Assembly: GCA_048881705.1 (NCBI GenBank)
Contig: JBHLSH010000009.1
Span: 44,176-68,175 of the forward strand
From: Candidatus Heimdallarchaeota archaeon
GTDB lineage: Archaea; Asgardarchaeota; Heimdallarchaeia; Hodarchaeales; Hodarchaeaceae
Length of the DNA stretch: 24,000 nucleotides
Direction of reading: 5' to 3'
A program made the position numbers and the translations under genes. The notes beneath the pieces are model-generated. The model did not search any database. It was given only the letters and a program-made list of their open reading frames with translations, and was not told where the DNA came from. Positions 1-7,768 of the stretch are shown one piece after another; within the stretch, counting starts at the first letter, position 1; each line of letters begins with the position of its first letter.

Positions 1-1
1 G

Positions 2-490
2 TCACAGTTCGAAGGGCATTACTTCACGGGTGATTATGCGCTGATTGACAATGAGGGCTATTATTTCATTCTAGGACGGTCAGACGACGTGATCAAGGTC
101 TCGGGACATCGACTAGGTTCTGCAGAAGTTGAATCCGCTATAAATTCCCATCCAAAGGTTGCTGAAAGCGCGGTCATTCCTTATCCACATCCTGTAAAAG
201 GATCCACAATTTTTGCATATGTAACGGTGATGTCAGGTGTGGAACCGAGCGAGGATCTCAAAAAAGAGATTCAAGCACACGTCAGATCCGTAGCAGGACC
301 TGCAGTCTATCCTGAGATTATTATGTTTGCAGATGCAGTTCCTAAAACTCGCTCGGGAAAAATTATGCGTCGAATTCTCAAAGCTGTTGCCACCCAAAGA
401 GACATCGGGAATGTTATGACCTTGGCCAATCCTGAAGTTGTGGACGAGCTAATCAATAGACGAAAGATGATGGGAGAAATTATGTTTTAA
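2..490 (+). CDS. acs: AMP-forming acetyl-CoA synthetase, C-terminal part (5' end outside the window)
   Basis: The frame is open from base 2. The translation SQFEGHYFTGDYALIDNEGYYFILGRSDDVIKVSGHRLGSAEVESA...VPKTRSGKIMRRIL carries the GRxDD hinge, the VSGHRLG motif and the catalytic-Lys PKTRSGKIMRR motif of ACS C-terminal domains. Confidence 0.85.
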   Translation, partial: SQFEGHYFTGDYALIDNEGYYFILGRSDDVIKVSGHRLGSAEVESAINSHPKVAESAVIPYPHPVKGSTIFAYVTVMSGVEPSEDLKKEIQAHVRSVAGPAVYPEIIMFADAVPKTRSGKIMRRILKAVATQRDIGNVMTLANPEVVDELINRRKMMGEIMF

Positions 491-518
491 CCTTCCACGC
501 CTTTTCCTACCTTCTTTT

Positions 519-842
519 TTAATCAGAGACAACCTGGGGATCTATTCCTAGACTTTCTTTTATCATGGCAAGTATCTGTTCTTCTTTAATGTTTCTTAAT
601 CTGAGAACTTTCTTGGAGCTTTTATGTCCAGTTTCTAGGATCGTTTCGGTTTTGAAATGCTTGCGGAACAATTTCAGGATTTGTTTGTTCGCTCTTCCTT
701 GAATGGGCGGAGATGTGACTCGGATTAGAAACTGATTCGGGCTAACTACGAGTTCATCTTTATGTTGCCTAGTCTTTACATGAACAGTGACCAGAAAATC
801 TCCTGTATCGACATCCAATTTCAGCCAAGGGAACTTTTGCAT
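519..842 (-). CDS. DUF167 / YggU-family (UPF0235) small protein
   Basis: MQKFPWLKLDVDTGDFLVTVHVKTRQHKDELV...IRVTSPPIQGRANKQILKLFRKHF...ETGHKSSKKVLRL matches the YggU pattern (appP-x-G-[KR]-AN ... G-x-x-S-x-x-K). I prefer the internal ATG at 842, which is preceded by GGTG 4 nt upstream, over the track start at 995. The longer version would overlap the upstream gene by 175 nt. Confidence 0.75.
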   Translation of the reverse strand: MQKFPWLKLDVDTGDFLVTVHVKTRQHKDELVVSPNQFLIRVTSPPIQGRANKQILKLFRKHFKTETILETGHKSSKKVLRLRNIKEEQILAMIKESLGIDPQVVSD

Positions 843-2797
843 CTCGCACCGTCCTGGGTGATTTCTTCGACTGAAGAAAAGGGAGTTCGCTGAAGTGAGA
901 AGCGAGTCTCGATTAACCTCTGTGCATCCAGTAGCGAAAGGTTTTCTTCCATCCAAATGAAATTCAAGAAATAACGTGCTAGATTGCTGGGCCATAAACT
1001 TTCTTGATAGGATGTCCCCAGTGCGAGGGAAATACGTTGCTTGAAACGGTTAACGTACTGTTCCGATGATTTCCGTCCAACTTCCTTAATAATCTCAACG
1101 GGGGATTTCGAGGTCCAAATGATTTCAAATTGATGCTGGATCGAGTCCACTACAAACCCGTAAATTACCCCTGTCTGATCATTCGTGACAAAAGGTTTAC
1201 CAATTAGATAACGGAAGGTTTCAGGGATGCTCGTGAAATAAACCCCGACCTTAGCATGAATTTTATCCCCAAAATTAAACGCAGCTGAAGGTAAAACCGA
1301 AAAATATGAAGCCGCTAGTTCGTGAGGAGAGATGAGAAGCCGCTCTTTTGTATTCATAGTCCATAAGCTAGCTGGTGAAAAAGCCTCCCCTTCGCCAATG
1401 CTTAGTTCTTTGGCTACGTGAAATCGGAGTGCAGCTAGATTTTGGATACCTAATCCCTCCAAAAAAAGGGTTAGGATAAAGGAGGGGGGAACATCGCGTT
1501 TGATAAGAAGAGCCTGCCCAAAGGGAGTACCTGACATGAGCCCAGAAATCTTTCCAAAATGAGACCCTCCCATACCAGTGATGTCTTGATCCATAACTTG
1601 ACCTACATCGGTAATTATGGGGTTACCTGGGGCGGGAATCCACACTGGAACTCGGAGCTGTGTAAGTGCGCCCTCATCAATGGTTACTCCATTAGCGGAA
1701 TGTTCCGTCACCCCTGGTATTGTTATAAAATTTACCTGGTTTAAATGAGGTTTAACTGGAGTAACATAACCCCCGATGGAGTGTAACCAATTATTAAAGA
1801 ATGATGGTTGGAGAGCTAAAGTTCTAGGAATCCCTAACGCTTTAGCAATAGTAGTTTTGATTTGTTCGGTCGTAACTTTTTTCAGGTCAAGTTTTGCTTG
1901 TTTCAGGATCTTTTGGTAACGCTGTTTTAAAATTGCAATTGAGATTGGCTCTTCTTTAACGATCGGAAGAAAGGTTGTATCATCTACGATAATGGGGGGA
2001 CGAAAAACACCCAGAGGATTACCTGTTGTATCAATAGCTACCTTACCCACAACATCCCAAGGATTCGAGTCTGGAGTTGAAATAGGCCTCATCTGAACTT
2101 CAATTGGATTTGGTGGGTTTACTGCAGAGATATCCTCCACAGGGGAAGCAGAAAGGTTATCGCTAACCTGACCTAGAGGTTGAATAAGATCCCCCAAATT
2201 TAATGTATCTACCTGCTCATCACCGAGTGGAGAGATGAGCCTACTAATTATATCTCTTTCTACATCTTCCATGGGGGCTGAGGGTATTGTAGGAGTAGGA
2301 AATTCATCTTTCCTGCTGGAATCGGCCCATTTTTCCCACACTTTTGAAAATTTTGATATTATTCGTGATGTCGATTCCTTTACATCGGACTGTGGTAAAT
2401 CAGGGAACAATGTATCTAAATTGAGCCTATTGTTTTCTTCTAGACCTTTAAGTCGGGCGATCAACATTGGGATATGAGTATGTAGCTTTTCCTCTCTTTT
2501 CTCAAGTTTTTCGCGTTCTTTGACGAGCTCTGAAATCACATGTCTTGCTTCTGCTTTGGTCGATCTACCGGCATCCCATGACAAGGCGGCTTGTTTTGTT
2601 TTGACTTCATTAATCTGAAGCGCATTTTTAACTTGATGTAAGGTCTCTTCGATATAAATCAGCTGAATCATATCAAGAAGGGGCGCAGGAGAGTACGCGT
2701 TTACTTGCGATGCTTTTTTGAGGCCATTAAGCGCATTAAGGAGCTGATTCTCATCTATTAGATCTTGATTCCTAAGGGCAAAGAGGAAATTTTTCAA
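821..2797 (-). CDS. Uncharacterised 658-aa protein: N-terminal coiled coil, Pro/Ser-rich linker, three PRC-barrel-like modules
   Basis: Long uninterrupted ORF. The N-terminal part (KAEARHVISELVKEREKLEKREEKLHTHIPMLIARLKGLEENN) looks coiled-coil. Three segments resemble PRC-barrel strands: VVGKVAIDTTGNPLGVFRPPIIVDD, DVGQVMDQDITG..HFGKISGLM and YLIGKPFVTNDQTGVIYGFVVDS. The track start is TTG at 2797 and the first in-frame ATG is 41 codons downstream, so the start is uncertain. The 3' end overlaps the DUF167 start by 22 nt. Confidence 0.6.
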   Translation of the reverse strand: MKNFLFALRNQDLIDENQLLNALNGLKKASQVNAYSPAPLLDMIQLIYIEETLHQVKNALQINEVKTKQAALSWDAGRSTKAEARHVISELVKEREKLEKREEKLHTHIPMLIARLKGLEENNRLNLDTLFPDLPQSDVKESTSRIISKFSKVWEKWADSSRKDEFPTPTIPSAPMEDVERDIISRLISPLGDEQVDTLNLGDLIQPLGQVSDNLSASPVEDISAVNPPNPIEVQMRPISTPDSNPWDVVGKVAIDTTGNPLGVFRPPIIVDDTTFLPIVKEEPISIAILKQRYQKILKQAKLDLKKVTTEQIKTTIAKALGIPRTLALQPSFFNNWLHSIGGYVTPVKPHLNQVNFITIPGVTEHSANGVTIDEGALTQLRVPVWIPAPGNPIITDVGQVMDQDITGMGGSHFGKISGLMSGTPFGQALLIKRDVPPSFILTLFLEGLGIQNLAALRFHVAKELSIGEGEAFSPASLWTMNTKERLLISPHELAASYFSVLPSAAFNFGDKIHAKVGVYFTSIPETFRYLIGKPFVTNDQTGVIYGFVVDSIQHQFEIIWTSKSPVEIIKEVGRKSSEQYVNRFKQRISLALGTSYQESLWPSNLARYFLNFIWMEENLSLLDAQRLIETRFSLQRTPFSSVEEITQDGARCKSSLG

Positions 2798-2911
2798 GGA
2801 ACTAAAAGCAAGCTCCTCCGATTTGGCCTGGGTATCTTTATTAAAACAAAATAATGATGTTTATTAAAAAATTACCTGAATACTTGACTTTCCGTTATTG
2901 ATACTGATTCC

Positions 2912-3937
2912 TTATTCTTCTTCAGAGGTTTCTTGGCGATTTTCATTCAGTGATTCGGGAATTTCAAAATCAAAAGGCGGTTGGGTAGTTATAATCACTC
3001 CATCGTTTTCCGTGATGACGAAAGTATGTTCATATTGGGCAACATAACTTCCTTTTTCATCGGCCAATGGGGGGTATGCCAAAGCGCCTCCCGCGCTCAA
3101 AAGCTCCCGGAGGGCAAAACGTACCCGTGCTTGATTAAATCCGTCATAAGAAGATAACCAGCGTTCCGCAAAGGGGAGAGATTTGTAATTCCTGTAAATT
3201 GCTGAATATATCTTTCGAGAAACAGGATTCCTGAGGGCTACTCGTCGAGGTAATAACATGTAGATATATTTTGTACCAGATACCTCGTGGACACTCCCCG
3301 TTCCTGTTGAAGCGAAAGTTTCAAATGCGTAGGCTTCTCCGACTTCCAATGCGCTTTCGGCCGGGTCAAAGGTCTGCCCAATATTGGGTAACCTTTTATC
3401 ACCATGGAGTTCAAACCGACCCAATTTATGCCCAGATAACTCACGTAATGGTTTGTACCCATATCCATTAATCGTTTCTTCCACTCGTTTTCCAATCATT
3501 GAGGGCATAGTACCTGGATTAATAATTTCCATTCCAGCCTTAAAACCTTCCTTTGCTGCATCTTTTAGGTTCTTATGCTCAGTTGACAGGTCAACCGAAA
3601 GTGCAGTATCCGCAATATACCCATTAACATGCACACCAACGTCGAATTTCACAATGCCATCATCTGGAATGATTGTCTGATCTCCAAATGGTGAAGAGTA
3701 GTGAGCAGCCAAATGATTGATCGAAACATTAGTTGGAAATCCATGTCCATCTGCCCCTTTTTCGAGGATCATCTTCTCAGCACTCTCACAGATCTCAATA
3801 ACCGAAGTTCCAGGTTTAATCATCTTAACAACGTTATGTAATACTTCATAACCAATTTGTCCAGCTTTTCGGTAGTAATAGATCCTTTCTTCGTTAGAGA
3901 TCCCCTCTTCCGATGTCCAGTCACTCAATTTCGTCAC
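2912..3937 (-). CDS. map: Methionine aminopeptidase, type 2 (archaeal/eukaryotic type)
   Basis: All five metal ligands are recognisable: FDVGVHVNGYIADTA (D, D), SGHKLGRFELHG (H), AYAFETFAST (E), AQYEHTFVI (E). GTG start. An acidic C-terminal tail (NENRQETSEEE) makes it longer than the roughly 295-aa archaeal norm. Confidence 0.85.
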   Translation of the reverse strand: MTKLSDWTSEEGISNEERIYYYRKAGQIGYEVLHNVVKMIKPGTSVIEICESAEKMILEKGADGHGFPTNVSINHLAAHYSSPFGDQTIIPDDGIVKFDVGVHVNGYIADTALSVDLSTEHKNLKDAAKEGFKAGMEIINPGTMPSMIGKRVEETINGYGYKPLRELSGHKLGRFELHGDKRLPNIGQTFDPAESALEVGEAYAFETFASTGTGSVHEVSGTKYIYMLLPRRVALRNPVSRKIYSAIYRNYKSLPFAERWLSSYDGFNQARVRFALRELLSAGGALAYPPLADEKGSYVAQYEHTFVITENDGVIITTQPPFDFEIPESLNENRQETSEEE

Positions 3938-4186
3938 CTTTTACTTTTTTTTCACTCTTTAATGCCAATCGTTTGGAAAGATTCTATTTTATGCAAGGAA
4001 GTAGAATGAAGAGGAAAAGATCCCTCTTAAGGTCGAGATGCATACTATTGCTCGTAATACATGCATAGAACCGCTGTTTGGGCATTCTGTGAGTCAACTA
4101 AAAACCTTTATTTCTCGGATTCAATGGGAGTATCATAAAGTTTAAGCATCGGTATTAGGTGAAAATGCCGATTTCATTGGAGTTAT

Positions 4187-6184
4187 TTGCCATTGGATAT
4201 TGGATTCCTTTCCATCCTTCAACAAAGATATCCTCAAACAGCGGATGCTATAATAGATGCCATAGATAAGTGTGATCAACTGACAGAGTTGATAACGTCC
4301 GAAGATTTCTCACAAAAAGATTTTTATGTCAATCTCCTCCAAAATATCAGACTATTTCTTAACTCCGAATCCATGTTTCATAGCAGAAGCTTTCAAAAGG
4401 CCCTAAAATTCTATGAAAAGTTACGGGCTAGCATCAGTGAGACACAAACCCAGTTTCCCGATTCCTACTCATCCTGGCGCTATGATATCGACCGTTTAAC
4501 CTCGCGAACTGAGGCACGACTCCAAGAGGCCAGGGCACAGCTTTCTCTGGAGCAAGAGGACACAGTACAAGCAGATATCCTCCTCGTTGAAACAATCAAT
4601 CGATACAACCTAGAACTCCAATTAGAACAGGAATATGGTGATTATGATCACTATTTCGATACGTTAGGCAATATTTTTCGATGTTCGGGCCATCTCTACT
4701 TTTTAAGGGGACGTACTAACAACAATCGAATTGAACTATATCAGTCAATGAAGGATTTTAGAAAAGCGATCTTTCTGGGCCAATTAGATCTTGATGGATA
4801 CGTGAAAGAAGCACACAAGAATATCAAAATCATGACATTGGCAAAACTAGAACAACAAGCAGAGAACTACTTCAATCTGGGGTTAACTGAAACGGATGCA
4901 GAGAAATATAGTGAAGCAAAAAGAAATTATCATAAATCTGCCCAATTATTCACCTCATTAAAGCGCGCCGCCTTCCAACCAGATCAATCAAGAGAATTTG
5001 AACTCCAGGAACAGATTCAATTCTCCTCTTATTATGAAGCCAGTGCAAAGGAATTCATGACCCAAGATAATAACGAGCAGGCCGCAGTTCAATTTTCGAA
5101 TGCTTCCCGGACTTTACGAAACGTCCTAGAATCCCTACCCAGTGAGGCTTTAAGCCGGAATTTTTCGCCTCAAATCGATTATTTCGAAGCAATGCGCTTG
5201 TTTTGCTTGGCTGTCATTGAGTATGACAAAATGCTTCCCGAAGCAATGATTCGTTTTAAGACTGCCAGAGAAAAGCTCGAAACGGCTAGACAACAAGCTG
5301 AAGGAATGTCTAATCTTCCTCTGGTCAATAACTGTGAGGAAACTTTAAACAAGCTCAAATCCTATATAGAAATCGCTGAACTTCTACATTCTGAAGAGTC
5401 TAAAGAGACATTGGGGGTTCCAAATATCGAGGATCCTGTACAGCCTATGGAACCTGCTCAACCTTCCGAACTAGAGGAGCCTGAACTACCTCCCGCAGAA
5501 CCCGAACTACCTCTGGAACCTGAAGAACCTGCTCAACCTTTCGAACTAGAGGAGCCTGAACTACCTCCCGCAGAACTCGAACTACCTCTGGAACCTGAAG
5601 AACCTGCTCAACCTTTCGAACTAGAGGAACCTGAACTACCTCCCGCAGAACCCGAACTACCTCTGGAACCTGAAGAACCTGCTCAACCTTTCGAACTAGA
5701 GGAGCCTGAACTACCTCCCGCAGAACTCGAACTACCTCTGGAACCTGAAGAACCTGCTCAACCTTTCGAACTAGAGGAACCTGAACTACCTCCCGCAGAA
5801 CCCGAACTGCCTCTAGAACCTGAAGAACCCGCTAGGCCTTCCGAACTAGAGGAACCTGAACCTCCTAAGAAACCCGTAAAACCTCATCAACTGGAGGAGA
5901 CTATCAAACCTCTAGAGGTAAAGAAACCTAAGGAGCATGAAGTCTTCCAGAAACAAACCAAACATGTATCAGATGAATGGACGACTGAACCGTTAGATCT
6001 TGACCCTCGCGAGATCCTCATGGAACTGAGAGGACGATTGGATGCAGAGAAACCCACTGAACCAAAACCAGAAGACTCAACAGAAGTCCTAGAGAAGCCT
6101 AAGAAGAGTAGAGAGGAAAAGAACTCTGTAGAAAATGGAAATCCAGAGAAGGCTGCGGAACCTGAGGAATCTGAGGAATCTTAA
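4187..6184 (+). CDS. Uncharacterised 665-aa protein: about 410-aa helical (TPR/MIT-like) N-terminal region, Pro/Glu-rich 25-aa tandem repeats, Lys/Glu-rich tail
   Basis: Long ORF. It has helical-repeat-like segments (AENYFNLGLTETDAEKYSEAKRNYHKSAQLF; EASAKEFMTQDNNEQAAVQFSNASRTL). It also has 5 to 6 copies of EPAQPFELEEPELPPAEPELPLEPE. The track start is TTG at 4187 and no nearby in-frame ATG exists, so the start is uncertain. Confidence 0.65.
   Translation: MPLDIGFLSILQQRYPQTADAIIDAIDKCDQLTELITSEDFSQKDFYVNLLQNIRLFLNSESMFHSRSFQKALKFYEKLRASISETQTQFPDSYSSWRYDIDRLTSRTEARLQEARAQLSLEQEDTVQADILLVETINRYNLELQLEQEYGDYDHYFDTLGNIFRCSGHLYFLRGRTNNNRIELYQSMKDFRKAIFLGQLDLDGYVKEAHKNIKIMTLAKLEQQAENYFNLGLTETDAEKYSEAKRNYHKSAQLFTSLKRAAFQPDQSREFELQEQIQFSSYYEASAKEFMTQDNNEQAAVQFSNASRTLRNVLESLPSEALSRNFSPQIDYFEAMRLFCLAVIEYDKMLPEAMIRFKTAREKLETARQQAEGMSNLPLVNNCEETLNKLKSYIEIAELLHSEESKETLGVPNIEDPVQPMEPAQPSELEEPELPPAEPELPLEPEEPAQPFELEEPELPPAELELPLEPEEPAQPFELEEPELPPAEPELPLEPEEPAQPFELEEPELPPAELELPLEPEEPAQPFELEEPELPPAEPELPLEPEEPARPSELEEPEPPKKPVKPHQLEETIKPLEVKKPKEHEVFQKQTKHVSDEWTTEPLDLDPREILMELRGRLDAEKPTEPKPEDSTEVLEKPKKSREEKNSVENGNPEKAAEPEESEES
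5450..5866 (+). repeat. In-frame 75-bp tandem repeat (about 5.5 copies) with a 150-bp higher-order unit
   Basis: Units start at 5450, 5525, 5600, 5675, 5750 and 5825 (the last is degenerate). Units 2 and 4 are identical, and units 3 and 5 differ at 2 positions. So block 5525-5674 is duplicated at 5675-5824. Confidence 0.95.
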
Positions 6185-6504
6185 TGTTCTTCAGAGCGAA
6201 GTTGGGCTAGGATCCAGTAGGCCTCTAGGATCGTGATAGAAAGCTGGCGGGCAAGTTCTTCAGGATGGATTTGCGGATCCCTCGGTAGGATTTTTTGTCG
6301 GGTCCATGCAAGATTGGAAGCATGCCCGGGAATTTGGGCCATGACGGGAGCGAGCATTTCCAGTAACTGCTCGCGAGAGAGCTGCAGAAGAGACCCCTGA
6401 GATTTACTGCGGTCTAATATTCTTGGGATTTTCCGCTCTTTTTTCTTAGGAGTGGTACTTTCTTTATCCTTCTCCTGATCAAGATATTTTTCAAGATCTG
6501 ACAT
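6181..6504 (-). CDS. Hypothetical 107-aa protein: basic N-terminus, possible C-terminal helix-turn-helix
   Basis: ATG start with GGTGA about 3 nt upstream. The C-terminal HPEELARQLSITILEAYWILAQL looks like an HTH recognition helix. I recognise no family. Confidence 0.5.
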   Translation of the reverse strand: MSDLEKYLDQEKDKESTTPKKKERKIPRILDRSKSQGSLLQLSREQLLEMLAPVMAQIPGHASNLAWTRQKILPRDPQIHPEELARQLSITILEAYWILAQLRSEEH

Positions 6505-6555
6505 TGTTCACCAATTCTCTGGTGATCCGATCTCTCTTTTCAGGATTTATTACGC

Positions 6556-6876
6556 TCAATCCTGGGGGGTTTCAATCGCTTCTACAAATCGTGTTCCTGT
6601 AAGAACCTGGTCGATAGAATGAATGCTTCCATGTAAATCATTGATTCGCTCACTTATTCTATCGTAATCTAAATTCGAACCCTCCAAGACCACTTTAAGG
6701 TTCTCTGTTTTTGCATCAATTTCTAGGAGGGTACAATTAACCCCTGCGACTCCCTCAACTTCTTCGAGAGCCTTAGCGAAAGAGACGATTGAGGGATCAT
6801 GTAGTTTCAGAACATCCAAAACTAACCGCCTCACTCCTCCTCTTTTGGTCAAACCAGTGTGTCTTTTTTCAGTCAT
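6556..6876 (-). CDS. DUF211 (COG1888) family protein
   Basis: VRRLVLDVLKLHDPSIVSFAKALEEVEGVAGVNCTLLEIDAKTENLKVVLEGSNLDYDRISERINDLHGSIHSIDQV matches the archaeal DUF211 pattern (RRLVLDVLKPH.PS...A..l....GV.gVN...vEiD..te.lkitieG..idy..I...Ie..Gg.IHSIDeV). Confidence 0.8.
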   Translation of the reverse strand: MTEKRHTGLTKRGGVRRLVLDVLKLHDPSIVSFAKALEEVEGVAGVNCTLLEIDAKTENLKVVLEGSNLDYDRISERINDLHGSIHSIDQVLTGTRFVEAIETPQD

Positions 6877-7077
6877 GGGATTGCAAACACCTGTTTCTGA
6901 GAAATATAGATTTTATCTTTTTGAAAGGAACCGACCGGAACATAAGTCTCCCCGTTTTGGCATTTTCCCAAAAAAGGTTCCTGAGTATGTCCAATAGGAT
7001 TATCGATCAACAGCTGGGAAGTCCATCCCGTTACGGAGGTTTATGATGGAACTAAAGCTAGTTACCTTTAGCAGACC

Positions 7078-7398
7078 TCAATCACGCAGTTCAATGGAAG
7101 ATTCGGGGAAGCCTTCATCAACTAATATTTCGGGGATCCGCCGGAGAAAATTCCCTTGGAGCTCGATCCTCCCGTCCTTTGTGGTGCCCCCCGTCGCTAA
7201 TGACTTTTTCAGTCTTTTTGAAAGGCTTCGTAAGTCAATTTCTTTGCTCAGTCCATCTATCACGGTCACCTCACGTCCCCATTTCCGTTTCTCAATGAAA
7301 ACCCGAATAGAAGTCGTTTCGTCGCGTGCTATATCACTGCACGCACATAATTCAATTGGAAGTCCGCATGTTTTGCACGTACTTGTTGCCATGCCCAT
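7078..7398 (-). CDS. SUI1: Translation initiation factor aSUI1 / aIF1 (eIF1 homologue)
   Basis: N-terminal zinc knuckle CKTCGLPIELCAC followed by the SUI1 fold signature IRVFIEKRKWGREVTVIDGL...LKKSLATGGTTKDGRIELQGNF. Confidence 0.85.
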   Translation of the reverse strand: MGMATSTCKTCGLPIELCACSDIARDETTSIRVFIEKRKWGREVTVIDGLSKEIDLRSLSKRLKKSLATGGTTKDGRIELQGNFLRRIPEILVDEGFPESSIELRD

Positions 7399-7490
7399 TT
7401 TTACTTTTTTACCTCAAATTTTTTGAATTGTAGACGGGGAAGTATGCAAATTCGCTTAAATATAAACCTATCGTAGAAATTTTGTCGTTT

Positions 7491-7637
7491 TCATTCCGTT
7501 TTCAACCGTTTGATAATCGGCGGCCGTTTCTTGAGCAATACTCGATGCCCGCAAATTATGCACCTTATCCCTGGAAGTGTTTCCAATTCCCCTGGATCGA
7601 TCTCTTGGTGACAAGCGGCACATAAATAAGTGGTCAT
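7491..7637 (-). CDS. rpoP: DNA-directed RNA polymerase subunit P (Rpo12 / RPABC4), 48 aa. Below the ORF-track size cutoff.
   Basis: Manual translation gives [48 protein letters not shown]. This has the Y-x-C-x2-C ... LPG-x-RC-x2-CG ... R-x-P-x-IK zinc-ribbon pattern of archaeal RpoP. The ATG overlaps the upstream ORF's stop (ATGA). Confidence 0.85.
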   Translation of the reverse strand: MTTYLCAACHQEIDPGELETLPGIRCIICGHRVLLKKRPPIIKRLKTE

Positions 7638-7768
7638 TTAGTTTTTCCTAACCTATTTTCATTCAAGGACTTGCCATCGATCCGATCTACCCGAGGGCTA
7701 CGACGAAGATCCCTGTTAATCGTGCCGACCCTTCCCAGTTTGATAAACTTTTCTTTCCCCATCTTCAT
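7634..7768 (-). CDS. Hypothetical 44-aa basic protein, coupled at both ends
   Basis: Manual translation gives [44 protein letters not shown]. The start ATG overlaps the MCM small-subunit stop (ATGA) and the stop overlaps the rpoP start (ATGA). I recognise no family, so coding status rests on this exact bridging geometry. Confidence 0.4.
   Translation of the reverse strand: MKMGKEKFIKLGRVGTINRDLRRSPRVDRIDGKSLNENRLGKTK

Noticed and set aside
843-995. N-terminal extension of the DUF167 ORF (track version 519-995, 158 aa)
   Set aside because: The extra 51 codons lie entirely inside the 658-aa ORF in another frame and have no DUF167-like sequence. The ATG at 842 has a GGTG just upstream and gives a protein of typical YggU size.
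2841-2911. C/D-box sRNA-like motifs (AATGATGT ... CTGA ... TTGATA-CTGA) between map and the 658-aa ORF
   Set aside because: The C box is imperfect (UGAUGU). The putative C' and D boxes are directly adjacent, leaving no guide region, and there is no terminal stem. The spacing is incompatible with an archaeal C/D sRNA.
3238-3680. Three short ORFs (85, 66 and 98 aa) within the MetAP locus
   Set aside because: They are out of frame or antisense relative to the MetAP gene, whose five metal ligands are all intact. There is no independent support.
5450-5866. Could the regular 75-bp repeat be a CRISPR array?
   Set aside because: The units are directly contiguous with no unique spacers. They are in frame within a long ORF and encode a consistent Pro/Glu-rich peptide. 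There are no cas genes or leader. This is a coding tandem repeat.
7043-7426. 127-aa plus-strand ORF
   Set aside because: It lies almost exactly antisense to the well-supported SUI1 gene. The Ser/Pro-rich translation has no recognisable features. It is a shadow ORF.
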